From: Basidiobolus meristosporus CBS 931.73
Lineage: Eukaryota > Fungi > Basidiobolomycota
Length of the DNA stretch: 64,000 nt
Assembly: GCA_002104905.1 (NCBI GenBank)
Contig: MCFE01000443.1
Location: 9,790 to 73,789 of the forward strand
Direction of reading: 5' to 3'
Shown here: positions 41,081 through 53,380 of the stretch, piece by piece
How the letters are laid out: every line of letters begins with the position of its first letter
Numbering within the stretch: position 1 is the stretch's first letter
Made by a program: the position numbers and the translations under genes
The notes under the pieces: model-generated
Told to the model about the DNA's origin: nothing
The model's database searches: none
What the model saw: the letters and a program-made list of their open reading frames with translations, nothing else

Positions 41081-41533
41081 GATTGGGTGGGCTTTTTCAT
41101 TCCAACCACACTGCTTATACATGGATATATCTACACATATTTTAGTCAGCCTCACCCTTTGTATCACTCGACACAGTTGTGAAGGTGGAGTCTTGCGTAA
41201 CCATTAGACATGCCAAGATTGGTGTATGCGAAATCAATTCTCTGGACTAGTTGAAGTGCGAAAATCCCCAAACATGTCGTTTCTGTCATAAAATACGGAT
41301 CAAACAACTGTCTGCAATCTGCTTTTTATGGCGCCATTGCGGATCGCTTGGAAGTATTCAACATGCGATTTGCGATGTAGAAACTGCTTGCTCTTCGAAA
41401 CTCATCCTTTGGCTAGATATACTGAGTTGAATGTAATCAAATGGATATATCTTCATTATGAATCTAGTTTGTAAATATTGATGTTGTGATTATGGTTGCG
41501 ACATTTGTTCACAATTACAAAAGGAATGCTGTG

Positions 41534-43162
41534 TGTTGTAAAAATTCGTAATTCCACCTAAATATTCACCTAACTTAGTCACTTAGATCATTACCTCCAA
41601 ATCCCTGACAATACTGACCAAATTCCTTGTTGGGATTTACTTAGAATATTTACCCAGAGCATGAAAATTAGATGAGCTGTTCAAACAGCCCCAAATTTTG
41701 CACACATGTTCTTGGGACCTTCCTAAACCTATTTTATGTGTTTTTTATGCCAAGACCAGGTAAAAGTATAAATACTACTTTTACATTCAATAATCATTAA
41801 GTGAAAACCATATAATCTACTTGTTCTCCCAATCACTTCCAATATCTCCAAGACTCTAACAACAGGCTATGAGCCCAGAGCTGTCACTCTCTGCAATGTC
41901 TACTACTGCTATTACTGGAATTTTTCCCTCTGCTGAAAAGTTGGATGGATCTAACTACCAGGTGTGGAAGGTGAGGATGAAGATGATGTACAAGAAAGAG
42001 GCCTTTGGGATATTGTCATGGGAGAAGAATACCCTCCTAAAAATGTGGGAGAGGAAGCCTTAAAGTACCAGAAGAAAAAACAAAGTGCCTTTTGTTGTAA
42101 AAATTTGTATTTCCACCTAAATATTCACCTAACTTAGTCACTTAGATCATCACCTTCAAATCCTAGAGAGTACTGACCAAATTCCTTGTCAGGATTTACT
42201 TAGAATATTTACCCAGAACATGAAAATTCTCAAAGTTGTCCAAGCAGCCCCAAACTCTGCACACATGTTCTTGGGACCTTCCTTAACCTATTCTATGTGT
42301 TTGTAATGCCAAGACCAGGTAAAAGTATAAATACTACTTTTACATTCAATAAATCATTAAGTGAAAACCACATAATCTACTTGTTCTCCCAATCACTTCC
42401 AATATCTCCAAGACTCTTACAACACCTTTAACTGCATTTGTCTCAATGTTAAGGACAAATTGCTAATTCAATGCTCAAGAGCAAAAACAGCAAAGAATGC
42501 CTGGAAGGCATTAGAAGACACCTACCAGTCATATTCAGCTGCTAAGAAAATTTATCTGAGACAACAATTCTGTACTACAAAGATGCTGCCAGGAGAAGAA
42601 ATGAAAAATCTAGTTAACAGAATTACCCTGCTGGTATATGAAATGGAATCTGTGTGCGTACCAACTACTGATGAGGATGTGATAGTTACCATCCTGAATA
42701 GCCTGACAGGCAAGCTTCAGGGCCTTGTATCAGCCCTAGAGTCCAGAACTGAAGATTTGATCTTAAATTACGCAAATGGAAGGCTCCTGCATCAAGAATT
42801 AAGAAAATCAAGTGCCAATAAGAAGGAAGAAATTGCTTTAATAAGCAATGATAACCACCAATGGAGGTATGCAAGACCCTACAAAGGCAACAGCAACCTG
42901 CTTTGGAACTACTGCAAAAGGAAAGGACACACATCAGACCAGTGCTTCAAAAAGAAAGATAGTCAGCAGAAAAAGCCTCAATATGGATATGCTGCAACAA
43001 CTGAAGATAGGCTACTCATATATGCACTAAATATGACCACAAAAAAGGATTCTCAGACGTGGTATATTGACTCTGGATCATCTCAACACTTTACACACCA
43101 AAAAAAACTTTTTACCCAATATCAAGAAATTCCAATTAAGAAGGCTTTCATGGGTGACAATA
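41534..43162 (+). mobile_element. Ty1/Copia element, 5' part: LTR 41534-41864, PBS, degenerate gag and protease; interrupted at 43163
   Basis: LTR TGTTGTAA...AACAACA; PBS GGCTATGAGCCCAG; EKLDGSNYQVWK, zinc knuckle (NYCKRKGHTSDQC), WYIDSGSSQH. Confidence 0.92.
42093..42424 (+). mobile_element. Copia solo LTR inserted in gag of the same family
   Basis: 332-bp LTR copy flanked by a perfect 5-bp TSD CCTTT (42088-42092, 42425-42429); the empty site AAAGTGCCTTTAACTGC is present in the sister element near 47660. Confidence 0.95.
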
Positions 43163-43564
43163 CCCTATGAAAAGTTATTTGGTCCCACAGGTGGATCCAA
43201 TCCAGATCAGCCGTCAAGATCCCATTCAGAGACCATCATAATAACAGCAGCTTGGAATTAGTGACCCTCCTAACAATCTTATAACAAGATCATGACGGTG
43301 ATTTGCTAATTTTACAGCCAAATAAAGGGATAAAACTTGACAATATTTTATTGGTGCTGTAACAATATTTGCATGGTATTGTTGTGGTCTTTTAGCGCTC
43401 TATAACTATTTTAAGTAAATCCAGTTGGCCAGGACATCCAATTGCCTTATATGGCAAGAAACTTGATGGTGTTTTGACAGCCTCACAGTGGGACTCAGAT
43501 GGCATTATATTGGCAGTATGACAGCCTACTGCTGGTTCTGTATAATGCTATCATACCAATTTAC

Positions 43565-46500
43565 TGTTGTAAGTGTCTTGGAGATATTGGAAGTGATTGG
43601 GAGAACAAGTAGATTATGTGGTTTTCACTTAATGATTTATTGAATGTAAAAGTAGTATTTATACTTTTACCTGGTCTTGGCATTACAAACACGTAGAATA
43701 GGTTAAGAAAGGTCCCAAGAACATGTGTGCAAAGTTTGGGGCTGTTTGGACAACTTAGAATATTTTCACCAAAATGCCAGGTACCCAGAACATGAAAATT
43801 CTCAAAGTAAATCCCGACAAGGAATTTGGTCAGTATTCTCTAGGATTTGAAGGTGATGAACTAAGTGACTAAGTTAGGTGAATATTTAGGTGGAAATACA
43901 AATTTTTACAACACTCCCACTCAGCTAAATGTTCATGCTGACTAGTCCTATTTTTGACCTAAGATATTCAAACTTGTCTCTAGCTAATGGTTTGGTAAAT
44001 ATATCTGCAATCATTTCATCTGTAGGACAGTAAACTAAGCTAACTAAGTTATTCTCTATAGCTTCACGTATGAAATGATGTCTAATATCTATGTGCTTGG
44101 TTCTAGCATGAAAAGTTGGATTTCTACCTAATTGCATACATCCTTGACTATCTTGAAATAAAGTAATAGGTGTTTTTGACATAGGCCTAAATCTGTAAAC
44201 AGCTTTCTTAACCACATTGCTTCTTTTGTAGCTTCACAGGCTGCCATATACTCTGCCTCTGTGGTGGAAAGTGCTACGGTTGGTTACTTTGTTGAATTCC
44301 ATGAAATTGCTCCTTTACAGTAAAGAAAGGTGTATCCTGTGGTGGATCTTCTGTCTTCTAAATTTTGTCCCCAATCAGCATCAGAGTATCCCACAAGATC
44401 TTGTTCTGAGTCTTTATAAGTGTATCTTAAGCAGATATCAGCAGTTCCTTTTAGGTATCTAAAAATCCACTTAACTGCTGCAATATGATCAGATCCATAG
44501 TTCTGATTATGTTGGTTGACAACTCCCACTGAATATGAGATATCTGGATGTATTCCAAGCATGATATACATCAGACTGCCAACCTTAGATTGATAAGGAA
44601 AGTCAGGGCTTTCAGATGGCACCAAGCTCTCTTGATTTGGTTGAGTTTTGACCAAGTTAAGGTTTGTCTCCATTGGGGTAGCTGCTGGTTTACAGTCTTC
44701 CATTTTGTACTTCTTTAGTATATCTTGAATATACTTGGATTGGCTTATGGTAATAGTCTGGGTACTTCTGTCTATGGAGAACTTAATCCCTAAGTAGTAA
44801 CTAAGTTCTCCTAGATTGGATATCTTGAACACCTTAGATAGGCTGGATTTAGTCTCTTCCAATGTTTCTAGGTTATTGGCGGCTATAATAAGATCATCCA
44901 CATATAGAGCTAATAGAACTGGATTTGCTCTATCTGGCTTATAGTATATACTATAGTCAGCATTACTTCTTTTGAAACTCAAGGATTCCAAATAAGAATC
45001 TATCTTGCAATTCCAGGCTCTTGGTGATTGTTTGAGACCATATAGTGACTTTTTAAGCTTGCAGACCAAATGGGGGCTATCTTGGTCAGCAAACCCATCA
45101 GGCTGGTCCATATACACATACTCATCAAGTTCTCCATTCAAAAATGCAGCTTTTACATCCATTTGATGAATAAAAAACTTATATTTGGCTGCAATAGCCA
45201 ATATTAATCTGATGGAATTAAACTTGGCTACCAGTGCAAAGGTCTCAGTATAGTCAAGTCCTTTTGTTTGAGAGAATCCTTTGGCTACAAGTCTTGCTTT
45301 GTATCTTTCAATTGTACCATCAGCCTTGTATTTTGTCTCGAAGACCCATCTGCATCCAATTGATTTTTGGTTGATTGGTAATTTGACTAAGTCCCAAGTT
45401 TGATTTTCCATCAGTGCCTGATATTCCTCAGTCATTGCAGATCTCCAAAACTTTGTCTGAGGGCTATTTAGGGCCTCTTTTACAGTCTGGGGTTCATCAA
45501 TATGGACTGAATAGGCATAGGCTAAGTTTGTACCCTCATTAATATAGTAATTTGGGCTATTTCTTGTCCAATTGGATCTCCAGGCATTTGACACTGGAAT
45601 GATCACTTCTGGGATATTCCTGGGCACTGATTCTGGCTGAACCACGGTTGTAGAGTCCTCTGGAGTTAAATAATTTTCATTGTTTTGCTCTGATTCAATC
45701 CTGACAATTGGTGGACTTGAGATCAAATTTTTGTCATCATCTGATGTCATTTTTTGTGAAATTTTGAATTTTCATCAAACAACACATCCCTGGACCTGAT
45801 CAGCTTCTTTGCTTTGGTATTGTAGGGTCTGTATGCCTTACTATCATTGCAGTAGCCCAAAAATATGCATTTTACACTTTTTGGCTCAAATTTTGACTGA
45901 TTTCCGGCCAGTTTTTTGGCATATGCTGTAGACCCAAATATTCTTAGATGTTCTGCACTTGGTCTGTATCCATACCATGCTTCAAGTGGAGTAGAATCAC
46001 AAAGTGTTCTGTTATAACTCCTATTTTTAAGATATACAGCAGCGGCAACTGATTCCGCCCAAAAATCATAGGATAATTTTTGATCATGGATCATAGATCT
46101 TGCCATATCAATTATTGATCTGTTAGCTTGTTCTGCTACTCCATTTTGCTGTGGGGAGTATGGTACAGTAGTCTCTTGCTTTATCCCATGAATTTTGCAG
46201 AAGTGGATGAAGAGTTTTGAGGTATATTCTCCACCATTGTCAGAGCGTATTTTCTTGAGTTTTTCACCAGTTTCTCTCTCCACCATGGCCTTAAACTCCC
46301 TGAACTTAGACAGAGCTTCTTCCTTTCTCTCCATGAAGTAGACCCATGTGTATCTTGTATAATCATCAATAAAAGTGATTAAATACTTCATCCCGCCTAA
46401 GGATAAATTTTGCAGAGGTCCACACAGATCTGAGTGAATTAGATCTAATTTTTTCTTAGTTTTGATTAACCCAGAGCTCTTGAACGGTTGTCTGGCTTGT

Positions 46501-48245
46501 TTCCCATATATGCAGGCTTCACAGTGCTCCAAATTAGCTGGGGGATCAATTTTCACTCCAGAAATTAGCTGATCTTTGATCATTTTACGCAAATAATCAA
46601 AATTGATGTGTCCAAATCTCCTGTGCCAAAACATTGGTGTTTCTTCATTTAAGTTACTTATATTGGCTTCCAAGTATGATGGAGTATAAGTCAACTTGTA
46701 TAGATTCTGATCTCTGATGCCCAAAGCAATATGGGCACCACTTTGATCAGTGATCCTGCATCCAGAATTGTCAAAACTGAAACTGAGTCCTTCTGCTGTG
46801 GCCTTGCTTACAGAGAGTAGGTTCTTGGCTATTTCTGGTACATAGAGTACTTCTTTAAAGGTCAGTGCATGGCTTCCTTCACTGCTTCTAAGGTTTACTT
46901 GGATAGTTCCTTCTCCCACTGCATCAAGTGTTCTATTGTCACCCATAATAACCTTCTTAATTGGAATTTCTTGATATTGGGTAAAAGGTTCTTTTTGGTA
47001 TGTAAAGTGGTGAGAAGCTCCAGAGTCAATATACCACGTCTGAGAATCCTTATTTGTGGTCATATTTAGTGCAGATATGAATAGTCTATCTTCAGTTGTT
47101 GCAGCATTTCCATATTCAGGCTTCTTTTGCTGATAATCTCTCTTTTTGAGACACCAGTCTGATGTGTGTCCTTTTCTTTTGCAGTAGTTGCAAAACAGGT
47201 TGCTGTTGCCTTTGTAGTATCTTGGGTACCTCCTTTGTTGGTTATCATTGCTTATTAAAGCATTTTCTTCTTCCTTCTTATTGGCACTTGATTTTTTAAT
47301 TTTTCATCCAGGAGCCTTCCATATATGTATTTTAAGGTCAAATCTTCAGTTCTGGACTCTAGGGCAGATACAAGGCCCTGAAACTTGTCTGTCAGGCTAT
47401 TCAGGATGGTAACTATCATATCCTCATCAGTAGTTGGTACACCCACAGATTCCATCTCATCTACCAGCAGGGTAATTCTGTTAATTAGATTTTTCATTTC
47501 TTCTCCTGGCAGCATCTTTGTAGTAAAGATTTTTGTCTCAGATACATCTTCTTGGCAGCTGAACATGACTGGTAGGTGTCTTCTAATGCTTTCCAGGCAT
47601 TCTTTGCTGTTTTTGCTCTTGAGCATTGAATTAGCAATTTGTCCTTAACATTAAGGCAAATGCAGTTAAAGGCACTTTGTTCTTTATTCTGGTACTTTAA
47701 GGCTTCCTCTCCCATGTTTTTAGGAGGGCATTCTTCTCCCATGACAATATCCCAAAGGCCTCTTTCTTGTAGCAGCATCTTCATCTTCACCTTCCACACT
47801 TGGTGGCTAGATCCATCCAACTTTTCAGCTGAGGGAAAAATTCTAGTAATAGCAGTAGTAAACATTGCAGAGAGTGACAGCTTGGGGCTCATAACCTGTT
47901 GTAAGAGTCTTGGAGATATTGGAAGTAATTGGGAGAACAGGTAGATTATGTGGTTTTCACTTAATGATTTATTGAATGTAAAAGTGGTATTTATACTTTT
48001 ACCTGGTCTTGGCATTACAAACACGTAAAATAGGTTAAGGAAGGTTCCAAGAACATGTGTGCAAAGTTTGGGGCTGTTTGAACAACTTTGAGAATTTTCA
48101 TGTTCTGGGTATCTGGCATTTTGGTGAAAATATTCTAAGTAAATCCCAACAAGGAATTTGGTCAGTATTCTCTAGGATTTGAAGGTGATGATCTAAGTGA
48201 CTAAGTCAGGTGAATATTTAGGTGGAAATACAAATTTTTACAACA
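43565..48245 (-). mobile_element. Full-length but frameshifted Ty1/Copia retrotransposon
   Basis: 349-bp LTRs at 47897-48245 and 43565-43913, TSD TTTAC, PBS GGTTATGAGCCC, PPT TGAGTGGGAG; order gag-PR-IN (WHRRFGH, IHSDLCGP, PQQNGVAE)-RT (QMDVKAAFLNG, YVDDL)-RNaseH (KHIDIRHHFIRE). Confidence 0.96.
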
Positions 48246-50117
48246 TTTACCAAATGGTGTTGCCTTTTTCTACCTCCCCTTGTGCAATTCATATATTGCA
48301 CTGTAGATTCACCTTTCTTTATTTGCTTACCCCCTACTACCTTGGGTATTCCACATATAGTTTGAATCAAAAAAAACTATGGCTTCCTGCTTACTAACCT
48401 CTACAAACATGCACACCTGCCACAATTGACACACTTCTATCACCTCAACTTTATGGCTTTTTAGTGGGGAACTTGCAAAGTTGCCATATACCTTGTACTG
48501 CTGCTAACATATACATCTTGCAAACATATGCTTGGTTGTTGCCACTTCTGCTATGAATACCTCCCAAATATTTACAAAGAACTTCTTGGTATTTAGCCAA
48601 TATATTCCTTCTCCCTGCTGGATTCTAGTCCCCCTTATAGGTGCACTATGGCTTTTGTTTGTGTGAATTCCATATTGAATGGTGTAGAAGTAAGCTTGTG
48701 ACCAAGAGAAATCTGGCATACCTGGGTAGAATTTTTGTGATAAAAATTAGTTGCTTGTTGCACCCAACCCAACTTTGCATTACTTAACTGATTGCCCATG
48801 CATTGGGGCTGCTTAGCTTCTTAATGCCATAGGCATAGGTATCTCCATGTGCACATTTGTCCTCAGTATTTTCCAACTCTTTCTGGCTGTCCTCCATGTG
48901 CCAACTCATCACATCCATGACAGACTTGAAGGTAATATTCTTGATGAGATTGAGATATAGTAGTACCTGCAACTTGACTTGTCTTCCTATCTCCCCACAC
49001 ATCCACTCCATAGTAAACTCCCAAAAGGTGAAGCAAGACCCAATATTCTCCACACATTGTGCAAGATGGAGTAAAGAATGGATACAGTAGCGGCAGAGAT
49101 CTACGCGTTCAGCTTTATGTATGTAGTATAGCCGCTCAAATCCTGTTATAAACTCCTCACACAACAGCTGTAAATGCGTCAAGTTGGCATTGGTGATTGG
49201 CTTCTGGATAAATATTCCTACAATGTCTACATATGACTCCCAATGCTTCCAATGTACTCTTGGTAGGAATGGCTTCAGAATACCACTTGAATAAATACAT
49301 ATCCAGTTCATCCAGGATTTGCATTTGTATTGTTGCATATGTGTATGAATATTAGACTTATTCTATCATACTGTACCAGGGTGCGCGGCGCAATCCGCGG
49401 TTGTAAAAAACAATTGGGCGCAATATTATAGCTACCAGAAGGCAGGATTGTTCTTGGATGATTTTGCACTATGCGGGACAATCTTGCACACTATGGCACA
49501 ATCTGACACAATGAGGTTGGCACGGATGATTGCGCCAACTTGTAATGTCTGCATCATGTGCGCAATTGGATACCTCTATTATGGCAGGTAAAATCCGGTA
49601 TTTGGATATGTTTCTTCAATGTGAATGGAAATAAATGTGTATCACACTATAAACTACACTGATACTTACCATTTTGGTTACCCTCACTCCAATTGGACGG
49701 TATCTCAGTGGTTAATTGGTCCAAAAGTATCCAGAAGCTGGCAGCCCCTAATTGGCTGATTGACTACTGAAAAAGCTACCTGATTTGCCATCAAATATCC
49801 CATTTTGCCCATTGAGCAAGTAAATCCCTGATCCTAGTGATTGGACAAGGTGTCATAGCTAGCATGCAAGCAATTGTGTAGGTGCAAAACAGATCCAATA
49901 GCTGCACTGGTATTACGGATGATGTATATATATGCAGGGTGTTTATCTATAGGGGTTCTGTCTCAAATGTGAGACAACCTTGATATTACTTATATCAAAA
50001 ATTTGATGATCACTGATTTGCAATGGCTTGATTTGGATCGCAAAAAAAAAGGGTTGTTGGGATCATTACAAATGTGAGCGATTCAAAGCAATTGCATCAT
50101 CTTCTCCTGGGTTTTTT

Positions 50118-52136
50118 TCACACAGGGATTACTACTGAAGCATTTGGTAGTGACTCACTTTGCACACCTATACTACTTCCTGGCTGACTATCATCTTGGC
50201 TACTTGTGTATTCATAGTCAGTATTTTGCCTCCTAGTTGATGAGTGCAATGCTGCAGCTTGGCCGTGCTGAATTGCTCCAACTGAACCAACTGAACCAGC
50301 CTGTAGTGCCATGCACTGACGTGTTCTTTTACTTGCTAAGGGCTCTGGTGGTTGAGGCACTTCATGTTGTTCATCATCAGTTAGTTCACCAGAAGTAAGT
50401 TGCTGATAGTCAGGCAAAATGGCATGCACAGGCATGCCTTGACGCATTGAGATGGCCCTTGGCTGAGATTGATGTGATGCTGTATGTTGACGCAACTTGG
50501 TCCGCTCCAATGGACTTGTGTCTAAATGAGCAGTTTGGCAAGTTCTTGTAGTTTTGCTCTGAAGCGCGCACATTGACTCAATGTGGGGCATTCTGGTAAA
50601 GGGTGTTGGCATAGTCTGGACTGATGTGTGCTGGCGCACTGTGGTTGCAAGAGATGGTAGGGAATCCAGCAAGGCGTGCTGGTGCAATCTGGACAATGTT
50701 GCTTGCAATCTGTATTCTTCCTCCTGAAGCTCACCATCTGATTCCTCAAGGTATTCACTTACCCTCTGTCTGATACTTTGGAGCTGTTGCCTGGATGAGT
50801 CCTGTGTATATTGCTCTTGGAAGCCACTTAGCTCTACTAATATATCACATAGTACATTAGTCATTTGAGGCAAAAACTCATTCAAAATCTCTTTGGTTCC
50901 CAAAGTTGAGGCACAAACAGACGCGTCCGGTGTGGTGGTGTAGAGGTACTCCTGGGAGAAGCTACACAACTCAAGGTGTGTGAGGTGTCTGATGGGTGCA
51001 ATAACCTCTGTGTCTAAACTGCTGGTGTCTTTGTCAATATGTCACTATGGTAAATGCTCCTGCTTCTTTAGCTTCCTAGGTGCCCCAAGTGTCTCCAAAG
51101 GCCTCTGTGTGTCTTGTGCACTACCTTGAGAAGCTCCTTGATTGCAGGTCTGAGATGTACTGTTGAAGGCAGGTGCAGTGAACAACTGCTAATCAATAAG
51201 GTAGAAGTGTTACTGATAGAAGGGATGATTTATTGATCAGGGATTGCTTTCCCTTGAATACTTTTCCTGATTGCCAAGTGATTACTAATGACAAGGTTCT
51301 AGAAGATTCTAGGTATCAGTGGAATTCTTGATGACATCACTATGAGCTAAAAATATGCCAAGAATGTCCTGGAAGGTTCTAAAAGGCACAGCACTCTCAA
51401 CCAATCAGGAATCAGTAGTCTGAAACCTGTGCAACATAGAAATACCATATATGGTATTGAAATGGTAGAGATGGTAACACAGACCTAGGTCATGTGTCAC
51501 GGGTACTGACGCGGGTACTTGTCTTATATAGATACATCTACTGATCACAAAGCTGAATAACATCTGGGATAACTAATGCTAATAACTAATCAGGGTAAAC
51601 ATCATATGGGATAATACTGATAATATGGGCAAACAAAGAATGGGATAATACTGATAAGATAAAATATGGATAAGTATATCATAATGACTATATGAATAAA
51701 CTTGTCTGTGGGAGGTATGTTGACCCTACCACACCGGCCCGTACTGTGAAAATTGCGCACAAAATTGTTCCTGCGCAGCTTCTTTGTCAAATCCCCTCAC
51801 TCTCAGCTCATTCTTGATTTCAATACTTGTCTTGTTATATATCTTTTTACATACATTGGCTGGCATCTTGATGTAGAACTCATGCCACAGCTTTCTACTC
51901 AAATTCTTCCATCTTTGTCAACTCTCTGAGGTATCTAGTTCTGCTAGATTAATCAGTAGTGCCCAAATATTTGTATGAAGGCTCATCATAGACACTTGAG
52001 CCATACTAAAATCATTTGGCAAGAACTCAAACGGATCCGACATCAACTTTTCCAGTCAGGACCGCGCTTGTGAGCTGGGGGATGGGTTTTGTCTGGGTTG
52101 TACTAAAGATGAGTTGAGGCTTGGTATGGGGACCAT
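50118..52136 (-). pseudogene. Second (divergent) ORF of PHIS copy 1, disrupted by a stop codon and a solo LTR
   Basis: Colinear with copy 2 ORF (55892-57154); weak Myb/SANT-like QRWKNLSRKLW segment; Ser/Thr/Gln-rich tail. Confidence 0.6.
50931..51733 (-). mobile_element. Ty3/gypsy solo LTR (803 bp), family of the 60989-62059 LTR
   Basis: TG...CA termini, 4-bp TSD CCGG on both sides, empty site GCATCCGGCCC in PHIS copy 2 (about 56750); long homology to 60989-62059. Confidence 0.93.
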
Positions 52137-52495
52137 AGCAACAGATTTGGATACTTATACAGCAATATATTGGCATCAACCTGGTCTTATATGAAATATA
52201 TGTGAAAACTTATGTGATTGTTGAATTTTCCATATATTATGCATGATGCATCTTGGATTGCATTGACATGGATCAGATCACATCATTTGCAGATTTCCTA
52301 TTTGATTATAGACCTATGATTAAAGCATCAATAAAAGTACCAAGGCATTGTTTGCGGATGATTTTTGCGACATAATGATGGGATACATGGCAATTGATGG
52401 AGATTTAACCATAATGTATTAAAAATCAGATAAATAACGCAGATTGTGCCAAATTGATTCAAACCGCCTCCATACAATCATCCACCAATTTTAAT

Positions 52496-53380
52496 ATGAC
52501 TTACTCATCTGAATGGTCTTTTCTCATCAATCCCATCACTACCACTGGATTTCCTTTTGACACACTAGAGGAGATCTATTCCAAGTACTGTGGACCATCA
52601 ACCCCAATCTACTCAAGGAGATCCCTTGTTAAGCTTCTCTGCTATTACAAGAACTATTGCCCTACAAGGTTTCATCCCACCATCCATGGCAACAAAAGTC
52701 CTAGAAGCTTTCATTCCCAGCTGATAGCAATGGAGAACCACCTTGCAGAGGGTATGAATGACTTAGAGCAAGCTTGGAATACTAGGTTCAGAAGCTCCAA
52801 TATACTTCCATATCCCAGAGTGTTCAGCAACAGGTTCCATATCAGGAGTATTTTGGATACCTTCTCAGTGAGGATTAACAGACCTTCTAGAGGGCAGAGG
52901 CACTTTTATTCTGGCAAGTACAAGGCACACTGTGTGAAGTTTCAAGCACTGTCGGACATTGAGGGTAACATCATCTGGTTTAGTGGGCCATTTGCTGGAA
53001 GTAGGCATGACAAAGCACTCAGGGTAGAGAATCATCCTGAATTAAGTAGAGGGGAGAAATGTATGACAGACTTGGCCTGTATAGGAGAGGATTGTCAGAG
53101 ATTAGGATGTATTACAGCTTATAGGAAGCCAAGGAATGGTGTGCTTGGCAGGAAGAAGAAGCTCTACAATGAGATATTTAATCATTTCAGAGTGAGGGTA
53201 GAGCACACATTTGGATATCTGAAGAGATTCAGCATATTGGCAGGTAAATACAGAGGAAAGTCATATATAGGAGAAAACAGCAGAATAGGTAAAATAGTTA
53301 AGATACTTATTAATGCACAGTATGTTTATACAAGAAGACATCCATTGAGAGAAGTGTGTCTGGAGCATTATGAAGAGTAA
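52496..53380 (+). CDS. IS5/ISL2-like DDE transposase (DDE_Tnp_4 type) of PHIS copy 1
   Basis: ILDTFSVRINRP...QRHFYSGKYKAHCVKFQ...GPFAGSRHD...MTDLACIG...FRVRVEHTFGYLKRFSIL; open frame of 294 aa. Confidence 0.85.
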   Translation: MTYSSEWSFLINPITTTGFPFDTLEEIYSKYCGPSTPIYSRRSLVKLLCYYKNYCPTRFHPTIHGNKSPRSFHSQLIAMENHLAEGMNDLEQAWNTRFRSSNILPYPRVFSNRFHIRSILDTFSVRINRPSRGQRHFYSGKYKAHCVKFQALSDIEGNIIWFSGPFAGSRHDKALRVENHPELSRGEKCMTDLACIGEDCQRLGCITAYRKPRNGVLGRKKKLYNEIFNHFRVRVEHTFGYLKRFSILAGKYRGKSYIGENSRIGKIVKILINAQYVYTRRHPLREVCLEHYEE

